From assembly GCF_000017305.1 (NCBI RefSeq), contig NC_009664.2, positions 1,710,001 to 1,742,000 of the forward strand: 32,000 nucleotides of DNA, given 5' to 3'. A program made the position numbers and the translations under genes. Positions 1 to 8,534 of this stretch are shown here, in pieces (position 1 is the stretch's first letter; every line of letters begins with the position of its first letter). The notes under the pieces were generated by a model. It was given only the letters and a program-made list of their open reading frames with translations, searched no databases and was not told the origin of the DNA. This DNA comes from Kineococcus radiotolerans SRS30216 = ATCC BAA-149 (GTDB lineage: Bacteria > Actinomycetota > Actinomycetes > Actinomycetales > Kineococcaceae).

Positions 1-627
1 CTCCTCCTCGGTGGGGCGGCCGTCCTTGTTGATGATCTCGACGGGGACGTGGACCTTGCCCACGTCGTGCAGCAGGGCGACCCAGCTGAGCCGGTCGACG
101 TCGTCGTCGGACAGACCGAGCTCGCGCCCGATGAGGGCGGCGTAGGCCTGGACGCGTTCCCCGTGGGCGCGGGTGCGCGCGTCGTGGCCGGCGAGGGTGC
201 CGACGAGGGCCAGCAGCCGCTGCGCGGCGCCCCCCTCGGCGCCCACCACCTCGCCCCCGGGCGCGGCGTCGCCCTCCAGCGCCGCGGGCGTCCAGGTGCG
301 GCGGGCCACCTCGAAGCGGCTGGGGACCCGGTCGGGCAGCACCAGGCTGAGGCGCAGCAGCGCCGACAGCGGCAGCAGCCCGCGCAGCCAGCGGGAGAGG
401 ACGACGAGGACGCCGGTGGAGGTCCCCACCACCAGCAGCAGCCACACCGGCCAGGGCAGCCCGGTCCGCGTCGCGGGCAGCCACTGCGCGGCCCCGGCGC
501 CGACGACGAGGGCGACGACCAGGGGGCCCAGCGAGGACGTCGCCCGGACGAGGAGGGCGAGCGCGGGCCGGGAGCGCCACTGCGTCCCGGGGGCGGCGTC
601 GCCGTAGTTCTGAGTCGGTCCCTTCAC
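1..627 (-). CDS. HD-GYP-type (RpfG-like) phosphohydrolase, N-terminal part with about 2 TM helices. The 3' end runs off the window.
   Basis: Not in the ORF track because it is open at the window edge. Reverse translation from GTG 627 (or GTG 630) gives VKGPTQNYG...LGPLVVALVVGAGAAQWL...WPVWLLLVVGTSTGVLVVL...LAGHDARTRAHGERVQAYAALIGRELGLSDDDVDRLSWVALLHDVGKVHVPVEIINKDGRPTEEE. The H-x-x-R-V...LHDxGK...P..I..K.G.....EE pattern is the first half of an HD-GYP domain. GC3 is near 100 % in this frame. Confidence 0.7.
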   Translation of the reverse strand, partial: MKGPTQNYGDAAPGTQWRSRPALALLVRATSSLGPLVVALVVGAGAAQWLPATRTGLPWPVWLLLVVGTSTGVLVVLSRWLRGLLPLSALLRLSLVLPDRVPSRFEVARRTWTPAALEGDAAPGGEVVGAEGGAAQRLLALVGTLAGHDARTRAHGERVQAYAALIGRELGLSDDDVDRLSWVALLHDVGKVHVPVEIINKDGRPTEEE

Positions 628-727
628 CACCCGTCGGGATTCGGCACCCGTTCACCGGGGTTGAGGGTCCTGGCCCGCCGTTCACCCGCTCGCCCGGCCG
701 GCTCACCCGGTCGGGGGTCCCGGAACG

Positions 728-762
728 CCGACGGCCCCGGACCAGGGGTCCGGGGCCGTCGG
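728..762 (-). terminator. GC-rich stem-loop 16 nt downstream of the stop of the CDP-sugar operon
   Basis: Bases 728-743 pair perfectly with 747-762 (ccgacggccccggacc / ggtccggggccgtcgg), giving 16 bp with a 3-nt loop. There is no U-tract. Confidence 0.45.
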
Positions 763-777
763 GGTGCGGGTGCGGCG

Positions 778-2067
778 TCAGTGCGCCAGCAGGGCCGCCT
801 GCTCGGCGCGCAGGGCGTCGATGAGCCGCCCCTGCGGCAGGACCACGTCGTCGTAGGTGAGGACCTGGTCCTTCTTCACGGCGTGCTTGAGGACCGCGCC
901 CTCGGCGACGCCCATGGGCAGCAGGTTCTGCGCCTTGGTGATCGCGTAGGTCTCGGCCACGCCGTAGGAGTCGTAGCCGCCGAGGCGGTCGATCTCCTTG
1001 CCGGCGGCGAGGTCGGTCTTGGCCGTGGTGACGACCTCGACCTTCACCTCGTCGCCGGGCACGATCGCGGCGTCGGCGAACAGCACCGCGCGGGCCACGG
1101 TCAGCGGCACCTCGAAGTGGCACAGGTGGTACGGCGTGTAGAACGAGTACAGCGGCCCGGTGCCGAGCTTGTACAGGTTCAGGTAGTGCTGCTGCTTGGG
1201 GTCGTCGTGGGTGCCGAGGACGTAGACGCCCGGGCCCGGCTTGGACCCCACGACGTAGTCGACGACGCCGCCGAGCTCCTTCAGCTGGTCCACGTCGTAG
1301 TGCGTGGTCAGCTCGTCGACGTGCCCGCGGTGGTCGGCGCCGCGCATGCCGCGCTTCTCCACGCTGAACCCCGCCGCGTTGGCGACCAGCGCCTGCTCGA
1401 AGGACACCTTGGTGCCGTCGGCGAAGCTCGTCACCATGTAGGGGTCCTGGCCCCACTGCTTGGCGAACCCCTCCTGGGTGGTGGGGTTGCGGTACTCGTC
1501 CTGCAGGCCCTTGATGTTCCCCGACACCAGCGGCGTGACGCCGATGGAGCGCACGAAGCGGATGAGGTTCATCTGCACGCCGGGCTGGTCGCCGTCGCAG
1601 CCGGTGTAGATGACGCCGGCCTTCTCGGCGCGGGTGCGCAGCGCGAGGCCGGCGGTGCCGTCGACCTCGGCGTTGAGCAGCACGACGTGCTTGCCGGCGT
1701 CAATGGCGCGGACCACGACGTGGGCGCCGTACTCGGTGTTGCCGGTCGCCTCGACGACGGCCTCGACCTGGCCCGCGTCGACGACGGCCTCGTAGGAGCC
1801 GGACACGACGGGCCGGCCCTGCGAGATGGCGCGGTCGACGGCGGCCGCGTCGTCGGCCTCGACCACGCCGGTGACCCCGGCCTGCTCGTAGGCGTCACGG
1901 GCCTTGGACACCGTCCGGTTGGCGATGGCGACGAGTTCCATGCCCGGGACGGAGTTCACGACCTGGTTGACGAAGCCGCGGCCCATGAACCCGGCCCCGA
2001 CGAGGGCGACCCGGATGGGGCGGCCGTCGGCCTGGCGCTGCTGCAGCGCCTTGTCGACGATGATCAA
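778..2067 (-). CDS. NAD(P)-binding oxidoreductase with C-terminal SAF domain (homoserine-dehydrogenase-like, COG4091-type)
   Basis: The real start is inside the 564-aa track ORF. TTG 2067 overlaps the upstream stop (TTGA). Rossmann motif IRVALVGAGFMGRG. SAF-like C-terminus VTTAKTDLAAGKEIDRLGGYDSYGVAE. 429 aa. Confidence 0.8.
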   Translation of the reverse strand: MIIVDKALQQRQADGRPIRVALVGAGFMGRGFVNQVVNSVPGMELVAIANRTVSKARDAYEQAGVTGVVEADDAAAVDRAISQGRPVVSGSYEAVVDAGQVEAVVEATGNTEYGAHVVVRAIDAGKHVVLLNAEVDGTAGLALRTRAEKAGVIYTGCDGDQPGVQMNLIRFVRSIGVTPLVSGNIKGLQDEYRNPTTQEGFAKQWGQDPYMVTSFADGTKVSFEQALVANAAGFSVEKRGMRGADHRGHVDELTTHYDVDQLKELGGVVDYVVGSKPGPGVYVLGTHDDPKQQHYLNLYKLGTGPLYSFYTPYHLCHFEVPLTVARAVLFADAAIVPGDEVKVEVVTTAKTDLAAGKEIDRLGGYDSYGVAETYAITKAQNLLPMGVAEGAVLKHAVKKDQVLTYDDVVLPQGRLIDALRAEQAALLAH

Positions 2068-2609
2068 GAGAGCACCGCCCCGTCGGCCAGCAGCGTCCAG
2101 GACGCGTCCTTGTCGCTGATGACGGCCACGTCGCGCGCCCAGGGCAGGGCGAGGTCGGGGTCGTCCCAGCGCAGGCCGCGCTCGGTGCCCGGGGTGTAGC
2201 TCTGGGACACCTGGTAGGTGACCTCGGCGCCGTCGGTGAGGGTGAGGTACCCGTGGGCGAAGTACTCCGGGACGTAGAGCGCGCGGCGGTTGGCCGCGGT
2301 GAGCTCGACGGCGACGTGCTGGAAGCGCGTCGGGGAGTCCGGGCGCAGGTCGACGATGATGTCCTGGATGGCGCCGGCGGTGCAGCGCACCAGCTTGGCC
2401 TCCGGGGCGGGGTCGACCTGGGTGTGCATCCCGCGCAGCGTCCCGGCCTTGTGGTTGAAGGACAGGTTGCACTGCTCGACGGCCGGGTTCAGGCCGGCCT
2501 CGAGGAACTCCTCGCGGCAGAACGAGCGGGCGAAGAACCCGCGGTCGTCGGCGCGCTCCTCGAGCTCGATGATCGCGACGCCCTCGATGTGAGTCTGGCT
2601 GATCTTCAC
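2064..2609 (-). CDS. RmlC-family cupin (dTDP-4-dehydrorhamnose 3,5-epimerase-like), here probably acting on a CDP-sugar
   Basis: GTG 2609 overlaps the upstream stop (GTGA). VKISQTHIEGVAIIELEERADDRGFFARSF, AGTLRGMHTQ (His motif), EAKLVRC, LYVPEYFAHGY are RmlC signature blocks. 181 aa. Confidence 0.85.
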   Translation of the reverse strand: MKISQTHIEGVAIIELEERADDRGFFARSFCREEFLEAGLNPAVEQCNLSFNHKAGTLRGMHTQVDPAPEAKLVRCTAGAIQDIIVDLRPDSPTRFQHVAVELTAANRRALYVPEYFAHGYLTLTDGAEVTYQVSQSYTPGTERGLRWDDPDLALPWARDVAVISDKDASWTLLADGAVLS

Positions 2610-3667
2610 TTCGCAGTTCCCGTCGCAGCGATCCCCGAGGTCGGCTGGACGCGCCAGAACAGTTCCTTGTCGAGCTGCTCGGTGCGGATGAGGTGCTCGA
2701 GCTGCTTGAGGCGGGTGTGCCCCTTGCCCTTGAACGTGGCCTCGTCGAGGTCGATGGCCTTGAAGACGTCGACGAGCTGCTGGGCGCCCTTGTCGGCGTT
2801 CCAGTCGCAGCGGAAGCCTTCGAGGGTGGAGTGGATCTTGTCGAAGTTCACCTTGTACGAGCGGTTGTCGCCGTTGCTCTCGCCGAAGGTGATCTCGGCC
2901 TCGGGCAGCGCGCGGCCGACGGCCTCGGCGATCTCTCGGACGCGGTAGACCTGTTCGGAGTCGCCCACGTTGAAGATCTGGTTGTGGATCGCCTCGCGCG
3001 GGGCGTCGAGGACGGCGCGGATCGACTTGGCGATGTCGAGGCCGTGGACCAGCGGGCGCCAGGGCGAGCCGTCGGAGGTCATGGCGATCTTGCCGGTGGT
3101 GTAGGCGAGACCGGCGAGGTTGTTCAGCACGATGTCGAAGCGCTGACGGGGCGAGGCGCCGTAGGCGGTCGCGTTGCGCATGAACACCGGCGAGAACTCG
3201 TCGTCGGCCAGCGGGGCGACGTCGCGCTCGACGAGGGCCTTGCACTCGGCGTAGGCCGTCTGCGGGTTCACCGCGGAGGTCTCGTCGACGGTGTCCTCGG
3301 CCACGCCGTACACGGAGCAGCTCGACATGTAGACGAAGCGGGAGACGCCCGCGGCCTTGGCGGTCTCGGCGAGGCGGACGGAACCCTTGTGGTTCACCAC
3401 GTAGGTGACGTCGGGGATCAGCTCGCCGAGGGGGTCGTTGGACAGCTCGGCCATGTGCACGACGGCGTCGGCCCCGGCGAGGTCCTCGACGGTGACGTGG
3501 CGGATGTCCTTGGCCAGGGTCTCCACCGAGGCGGTGATGCCGTTGTAGAGCCAGCCCTGCTTGTAGTAGCCGGTGTCGATGCCCAGCACCGAGTGGCCGG
3601 ACTCGAGCAGGGTGGGGGCGAGCAGGGCGCCGAGGTAGCCCTCGGTGCCGGTGACGACGATCTTCAC
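2606..3667 (-). CDS. NAD-dependent epimerase/dehydratase-family SDR (extended SDR)
   Basis: GTG start preceded by GGAGAAG. VVTGTEGYLG dinucleotide motif. SSCSVYG plus YAECK catalytic Ser/Tyr/Lys. 353 aa. Confidence 0.85.
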   Translation of the reverse strand: MKIVVTGTEGYLGALLAPTLLESGHSVLGIDTGYYKQGWLYNGITASVETLAKDIRHVTVEDLAGADAVVHMAELSNDPLGELIPDVTYVVNHKGSVRLAETAKAAGVSRFVYMSSCSVYGVAEDTVDETSAVNPQTAYAECKALVERDVAPLADDEFSPVFMRNATAYGASPRQRFDIVLNNLAGLAYTTGKIAMTSDGSPWRPLVHGLDIAKSIRAVLDAPREAIHNQIFNVGDSEQVYRVREIAEAVGRALPEAEITFGESNGDNRSYKVNFDKIHSTLEGFRCDWNADKGAQQLVDVFKAIDLDEATFKGKGHTRLKQLEHLIRTEQLDKELFWRVQPTSGIAATGTAK

Positions 3668-3695
3668 AGCGCTTCTCCGGTTCTAGAGGGGTTTC

Positions 3696-4520
3696 TCAGT
3701 CTTCCCAGGTCTTCCACGGGGCCTTGCCGGAGTCCCAGAGCTTGTTGAACTCGGTCCACTCGCGGAAGGTGTCCATGCCCAGCCAGTACCCCTCGTGCTG
3801 GGAGACCGTGAGCTGGCCGTCGCGGGCGACGGTCTGCAGCGGCTTCTGCTCGAGCATCATGTCCGGGTCGTCCTCGAGGTACTTGTCCGCGAACGCGCGG
3901 TCGAAGACGAAGAACCCGCCGTTGACCCAGCCGTCGGCCAGCGTCGGCTTCTCGTTGAACTCGGTGACGGTGTCGCCGGTGACGTGCATCTCGCCGTAGC
4001 GCGAGCTCGGGTGCACCGCGGTCACGGTGGCCAGGCGGCCGCCGGCCTCGTGGTCGGCCAGCGTCTTGAGGATGTCGACGTCGCCGAGGCCGTCGCCGTA
4101 GGTGAGGACGAACTTGTCGGCGGTCAGGTGCTGCTCGACGCGCTTGATGCGGGCCGCGGTCGCGGTGGTGAGCCCGGTCTCGACGAACGTGATCTCCCAG
4201 TCCTCCTGCACCCCGTTGGTGTGGAAGGTCGGGTTGTCCTGGCTGGACAGGTTCAGCGTGAAGTCGCCGGCGTTGATCCGGTAGTCGAGGAAGTAGCGCT
4301 TGATGAGGTCGCTCTTGTAGCCCAGGCACAGGACGAACTTCCGGAAGCCGTAGGAGCTGTACAGCTTCATGATGTGCCACAGGATCGGGCGACCGCCGAT
4401 GTCGACCAGCGGCTTGGGCAGCTTCTCGCTGGCCTCGCGCAGCCGGGTCCCCATGCCTCCGCAGAGGATGACGACGGGGATCTCGGAGACGGGGGTTTGC
4501 GGATTGCTGACGTCGGTCAT
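3696..4520 (-). CDS. rfbF: glucose-1-phosphate cytidylyltransferase
   Basis: ATG preceded by GAGGGAAAG. VVILCGGMGTRLREASEKLPKPLVDIGGRPILWHIMK, LTYGDGLGDVD and WVNGGFFVF...GYWLGMDTFRE are colinear with RfbF/DdhA. 274 aa. Confidence 0.93.
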   Translation of the reverse strand: MTDVSNPQTPVSEIPVVILCGGMGTRLREASEKLPKPLVDIGGRPILWHIMKLYSSYGFRKFVLCLGYKSDLIKRYFLDYRINAGDFTLNLSSQDNPTFHTNGVQEDWEITFVETGLTTATAARIKRVEQHLTADKFVLTYGDGLGDVDILKTLADHEAGGRLATVTAVHPSSRYGEMHVTGDTVTEFNEKPTLADGWVNGGFFVFDRAFADKYLEDDPDMMLEQKPLQTVARDGQLTVSQHEGYWLGMDTFREWTEFNKLWDSGKAPWKTWED

Positions 4521-4747
4521 GTCTTTCCCTCACTCGGAACCGGATCGGTCGCGTCTCGTCGGCGACGGCCCACCTGGCGGTGGGCCGGCGTCGCACGTGG
4601 GGGAACGGCACCCTCAGGACGCCGGGAACGTGCACCGGTGGCGGTCCGAACCCCCCACGAATCCGAGCCACCGGTTTCCCCGTCGAGGTGCTGCTGCGAG
4701 GCTACTACAGCGGCACGAACACGGAGCGTGAACTTCAGCAGAGCGGG

Positions 4748-5932
4748 CTAATGACCCACTTCTGCGCCATTACCACCACGAATCGCGGACAACATGTCAC
4801 GCAGCGGAGTCATCGCGGATTCCCAGGAGAACGACCGGGCCACGTCGGCCGCGGCCGCCCCGAGCGCCGCCGCCCCCCGCGGGTCCTCGAACAGCTCGGC
4901 GAGGGCCGCGGCGAAGGCGTCGGCCCCGTCGGCCACGCGCAGCACCGAGCGGTGCTCCTCCAGCCCCTCCAGCCCCAGGCTGGTCGTCACGACCGCCCGT
5001 CCGCGCGACAGCGCCTCGACGAGCTTGATCTTGGTGCCCCCGCCGGACAGCAGCGGGACCACGCACACGTCGGCCCGGGCGTAGAAGGGGTCCACCGCGG
5101 CGACGTCGGAGTGGAACTCCACCCCGTCCGGCTCGCCCGTGGGACGCGGGTGCGCGCCCGACAGCCCGCGCCCCACGGCCAGGAAGGTCGCGTCCGGGAC
5201 GCGGGTGAGCACCCGCGGCCACACCTCGTCGAGGAACCAGCGCAGCGCGGCCCGGTTGGGACCGTAGTCGACGGCGCCGACGAAGAGCGCCGTCCGGCGC
5301 CCCGGCGGCGGCGTGGGCACGTGCGAGACCGCGCTCACCCCGTTGGGCACGAAGGTGCTCCCCACCCCGGCGGCCCGGAGGACCTCCTGGTCGCGGCGGC
5401 TGCAGGCCGTCACGTGCCGGGCCCGGCGGGCGGTGGCGAGCTCGAAGCGCCGGAAGCGGGCGACCTCGGGAGCCAGCACCCGGGCCGCCAGCGGCTTCTC
5501 GGTGCGCAGCCGCCGGGCGACGAGGTCGGACTCGACGTTGTGCAGGTCCAGGACGTCGATGCGGACGTCGCGCGGCACGTTGACCGCCATCTGCGGGAAG
5601 TCGACGTGGACGACGTCGGAGCTGCGGACGCCGGCGGCGAGCAGGTCGTGGATCTGCGCGGAGAACCACTTCCCGGCGAACAGCGACGCCCTCAGGACCG
5701 CCGCGGGCGTGGGCCGCGGGGCCGCCACCTCGTGCACCCGCACGTGGCCCGGCAGGACCTCCCGCCACCCGGGCCAGGTGTCGAAGCCCACGACGCGGAC
5801 CTCGTCGAACACCTGCGCGTACGCGTCGATGACGGCCCGGATGCGCTGGCGCCCGCCGGAGTCCGTGCTGGCCGGCAGCTGCTTGGCGATCACCCAGGCC
5901 GTGCGCGGGGTCACCTGGTGCGCTTCTTCCAC
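4748..5932 (-). CDS. GT-B fold glycosyltransferase (GT4/GT1 family)
   Basis: C-terminal ADVCVVPLLSGGGTKIKLVEALSRGRAVVTT block. The start is GTG 5932 or GTG 5914; the latter overlaps the upstream stop as GTGA. Confidence 0.85.
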   Translation of the reverse strand: MEEAHQVTPRTAWVIAKQLPASTDSGGRQRIRAVIDAYAQVFDEVRVVGFDTWPGWREVLPGHVRVHEVAAPRPTPAAVLRASLFAGKWFSAQIHDLLAAGVRSSDVVHVDFPQMAVNVPRDVRIDVLDLHNVESDLVARRLRTEKPLAARVLAPEVARFRRFELATARRARHVTACSRRDQEVLRAAGVGSTFVPNGVSAVSHVPTPPPGRRTALFVGAVDYGPNRAALRWFLDEVWPRVLTRVPDATFLAVGRGLSGAHPRPTGEPDGVEFHSDVAAVDPFYARADVCVVPLLSGGGTKIKLVEALSRGRAVVTTSLGLEGLEEHRSVLRVADGADAFAAALAELFEDPRGAAALGAAAADVARSFSWESAMTPLRDMLSAIRGGNGAEVGH

Positions 5933-6990
5933 GCCCCGCTGCGGGAACGGCCCAGCGCCCGCGGGATGGCCAGGGCGAAGACGACCGGCGGCATGCCGAC
6001 GGCCTGGCCGAGGACCCGCAGGGGCGCGGCCGCGCGGCCCTGGAGCTTGTCGCCCTTGAGGTAGGCGGCGACCGAGACGGCCTCGGCGAGCAGGAACGCC
6101 TGGCTGAAGCGGCTGCGGGGCCGGGCCAGGCAGGCCGCGGTCAGGGTGAGCTGGGCGGCGGGCCCGAGCGTGGAGCGCCAGCCCTTGTGCATCGCGAAGT
6201 GCAGGAACTTGTCGTCCCCGGACACGAAGGACCGGCGGAAGCCCCAGAACAGCCGCAGCTGCCCGCTCATGATGCGGACGCGGCGCTCGAGCTGGTCACC
6301 GCGCGGGGCGGAGTCCTCGACGGCGACGCACTCGGGCACGACGCCGACGTCCAGGCCCCGGCGGGCGAAGTCGAAGGCCAGGAAGAGGTCGTCGTTGAGG
6401 ACCGAGCCCGGGATGGGCCGGAAGGACTCCCGGCGCAGGGCGACGGCCTCGCCGACGAGCGCGAGCGACCCGCCGCGCCCGGCCTCGGTCTGCTTGATCC
6501 AGTTCTCGTAGCGCCAGTACAGGCCCTCGTCCTGGGCGCCGGACTCCTTGCGGACCCCCGACGCCAGGTGCAGGTCGGTGGCGACCCGGTCGATGAGGGC
6601 GCGCAGGCCCTCGCCCGGCACGAAGGCGTTGGCGTCGAGCAGCACGACGATGTCCGCCGAGGAGTTGCCCACCCCGCGGTTGACCGCGGCGGCCTTGCCC
6701 GCCCGGGTGGGGGACCAGTCGACGCGGCAGCCGAGCTCCTCGGCCACGGCGCGGGTCTTCTCGTCCTCGTCGACGACGACGGTGATGCGGTCCAGCGGGA
6801 CGCCCTCGCCCAGCAGCTGCGGCACGGTCTCGGCGAGGATGCTCGCCTCGCCGAAGGCCGGGATGAGGACGTCGACGTCGTCCCACGTCCAGTCGGCCTC
6901 CCCCGGCCGCGGCCGGTAGGGACTGCGCGGCGCGAGGCGTTCGCTGGCCAGCAGGTAGAGCGGGTACATGACGTGCCCCGCGAAGGACAT
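5911..6990 (-). CDS. membrane-associated GT2 glycosyltransferase (Glyco_tranf_2_3 / ceramide-glucosyltransferase-like layout)
   Basis: N-terminal TM (MSFAGHVMYPLYLL), VLIPAFGE, VVVDEDE, VVLLDANA, NDDLFLAF, then QLERR where processive GT2s carry QxxRW, and a hydrophobic C-terminus. Start is ATG 6990 or GTG 7008. The track ORF's N-terminal extension has poor GC3. Confidence 0.8.
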   Translation of the reverse strand: MSFAGHVMYPLYLLASERLAPRSPYRPRPGEADWTWDDVDVLIPAFGEASILAETVPQLLGEGVPLDRITVVVDEDEKTRAVAEELGCRVDWSPTRAGKAAAVNRGVGNSSADIVVLLDANAFVPGEGLRALIDRVATDLHLASGVRKESGAQDEGLYWRYENWIKQTEAGRGGSLALVGEAVALRRESFRPIPGSVLNDDLFLAFDFARRGLDVGVVPECVAVEDSAPRGDQLERRVRIMSGQLRLFWGFRRSFVSGDDKFLHFAMHKGWRSTLGPAAQLTLTAACLARPRSRFSQAFLLAEAVSVAAYLKGDKLQGRAAAPLRVLGQAVGMPPVVFALAIPRALGRSRSGAWKKRTR

Positions 6991-7475
6991 GACGGTGAGT
7001 GCCCCCACCGCCGGACTCGGACGGCGCAGTTCCACGTGTTGAACCCCCAACAGCTGCGGGGCCGGTGAAATCCGGCGACCGGTCGGTCGTCGAACCCCCC
7101 TCACCGCACCCCGGTGCCCTCGCGTCGACGGCGAGGTGATCGGGGCATTCTTGCAAGGGTGACTCCCCCTCAGCAACAACGGGTTACGTGTTCTAATGGC
7201 TACGGAACGTAGTTTCTCCGGAATGGCCTCGTGCGGGGCAAGGAATATGACCCTGCGTGAGTTGAAACAAACGCGGAGTCATGTCCTTTCGGGTTCCGGG
7301 GCGGTCCGGGCCGGGGCGGGAAGCTCCCGTCCGCGCACGGCGTCACCCCTACGGGCGCTCCCCGCGGGGGTCAGGACTGGATCCGCGCGCCGCGCTCGGC
7401 GACGATGCACCGGGTCCCGGTGCCGAGCACGGCGCGGGACGGGGGGACGGACGAGGGGACGGGACGGACGTGGGC

Positions 7476-8459
7476 GTGGATCTGAGGGGCACCACCGGTG
7501 GTGCGCAGGACGGGGCGGCCGCCGCCGCGGGGGGCGCGGTGCCGATCGGCGACGTGGAGCTGGTGCTGGTCAGCTACCGCAGCGGGCACCAGATCCGCGC
7601 CCTGCTGGAGAACCTGCCCGACGAGCTGCCCGTCGTGGTGGTCGACAACGCCTCCGACGTGGACGGGCTGTCGCAGCTGCCGGCGCAGCGCCCGAACACC
7701 CGCTACGTCGACTCCGGGGGCGGCAAGGGCTTCGCCCGGGCCGCGAACGCGGGCGCGCGCACCTCGACCCGCGAGTTCCTGGTCTTCGGCAACCCCGACT
7801 CCCGTCCGCAGCTGGCGCAGCTGCTCGCCCTGGTGGGCGACGTTGCCGCCGACCCCGGGCTGGCGGCCTCCGCCGCGACGATGGCCGGCGTCGACGGCCG
7901 GGTCGAGCTCGGCGTCGGCGGGTGGGAACCGACCGCGGTGCGCGCCCTCGTGCACGCCGCCGGCCTGCACAAGGTGTTCCCCCGCGCCGGGCTGTACGCC
8001 AAGCCGGCCCCCGGCGAGGCGCTCGAGGTCGACTGGACGACGGGCGCCTGCATGGCGGTGCGCCGCAGCACCTTCGTCGACCTGGGCTGCTTCGACGAGG
8101 ACTTCTACGTCTACAACGAGGACATGGCCTTCGGCCGCAGCGCCCGCACCGCGGGACTGCGCGAGAAGCTGCGCACCGACGTCATCGTCCCGCACGCCGC
8201 CGGCGGCTCCGGCGCCCCGTCGCTGGAGATGCTGCGCCTGCGCGGGGCGGCCATGCGCCGCTACCTCGCCCGCCACCACGGCGCCGTCGCCGTCCACGGC
8301 ATCAGCGGCGTCCTCGCCGCCGGGTACGCCGTGCGCACGGTGCAGTGCAGGGCGTTGCGCCGCACCGACCGCGCCGCCCAGCACTGGGCCTACGTCAAGG
8401 GCGTGACCACCGGGCGCGCCACCGTCGCCGGGCGGGTCGTGATGGAGCGGATCCGGTAG
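7476..8459 (+). CDS. GT2 glycosyltransferase (WbbL/rhamnosyltransferase-like)
   Basis: VELVLVSYRS, VVVDNASDVD, GKGFARAANAG, FGNPDS, GACMAVRRSTFVDLGCFDEDFYVYNEDMAFGRS. The start is uncertain: GTG 7476 or GTG 7539. ATG 7281 is unlikely because 7281-7475 has about 20 % A/T at third positions. Confidence 0.8.
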   Translation: MDLRGTTGGAQDGAAAAAGGAVPIGDVELVLVSYRSGHQIRALLENLPDELPVVVVDNASDVDGLSQLPAQRPNTRYVDSGGGKGFARAANAGARTSTREFLVFGNPDSRPQLAQLLALVGDVAADPGLAASAATMAGVDGRVELGVGGWEPTAVRALVHAAGLHKVFPRAGLYAKPAPGEALEVDWTTGACMAVRRSTFVDLGCFDEDFYVYNEDMAFGRSARTAGLREKLRTDVIVPHAAGGSGAPSLEMLRLRGAAMRRYLARHHGAVAVHGISGVLAAGYAVRTVQCRALRRTDRAAQHWAYVKGVTTGRATVAGRVVMERIR

Positions 8460-8481
8460 GTCCGCGCCCCGGGCCCGACGC

Positions 8482-8517
8482 CGCAGGGGCGGGGTGCGTG
8501 CGCACCCCGCCCCTGCG
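8482..8517. terminator. bidirectional stem-loop between convergent genes
   Basis: cgcaggggcggggtgc gtgc gcaccccgcccctgcg forms a perfect 16-bp stem with a 4-nt loop. It lies between the GT2 stop (8459) and the hydrolase stop (8535). Confidence 0.6.
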
Positions 8518-8534
8518 TCCTGCCTCCGGTCGGC

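Noticed and set aside
49-2199. 716-aa plus-strand ORF, with nested ORFs at 173-607, 1569-1898 and others
   Set aside because: It is antisense to the HD-GYP and SAF-oxidoreductase genes. The translation is Arg/Gly/Pro/Ala low-complexity with no motifs. This is a typical shadow ORF of high-GC DNA.
4566-4587. Hairpin cggcccacc-tggc-ggtgggccg between the GT4 stop and the rfbF start, as a terminator or attenuator
   Set aside because: It has only a 9-bp stem and no U-tract, and it lies within a 227-bp gap where the rfbF promoter must also sit. I cannot distinguish a terminator from a 5'-UTR structure using sequence alone.
7281-7475. ATG 7281 as the start of the GT2 gene (65-aa Arg/Gly-rich extension)
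   Set aside because: About 20 % A/T at third positions, against a few percent in confirmed genes, plus rare codons. The GT2 fold begins at about 7555. This was not fully excluded, because GGAG lies just upstream of the ATG.
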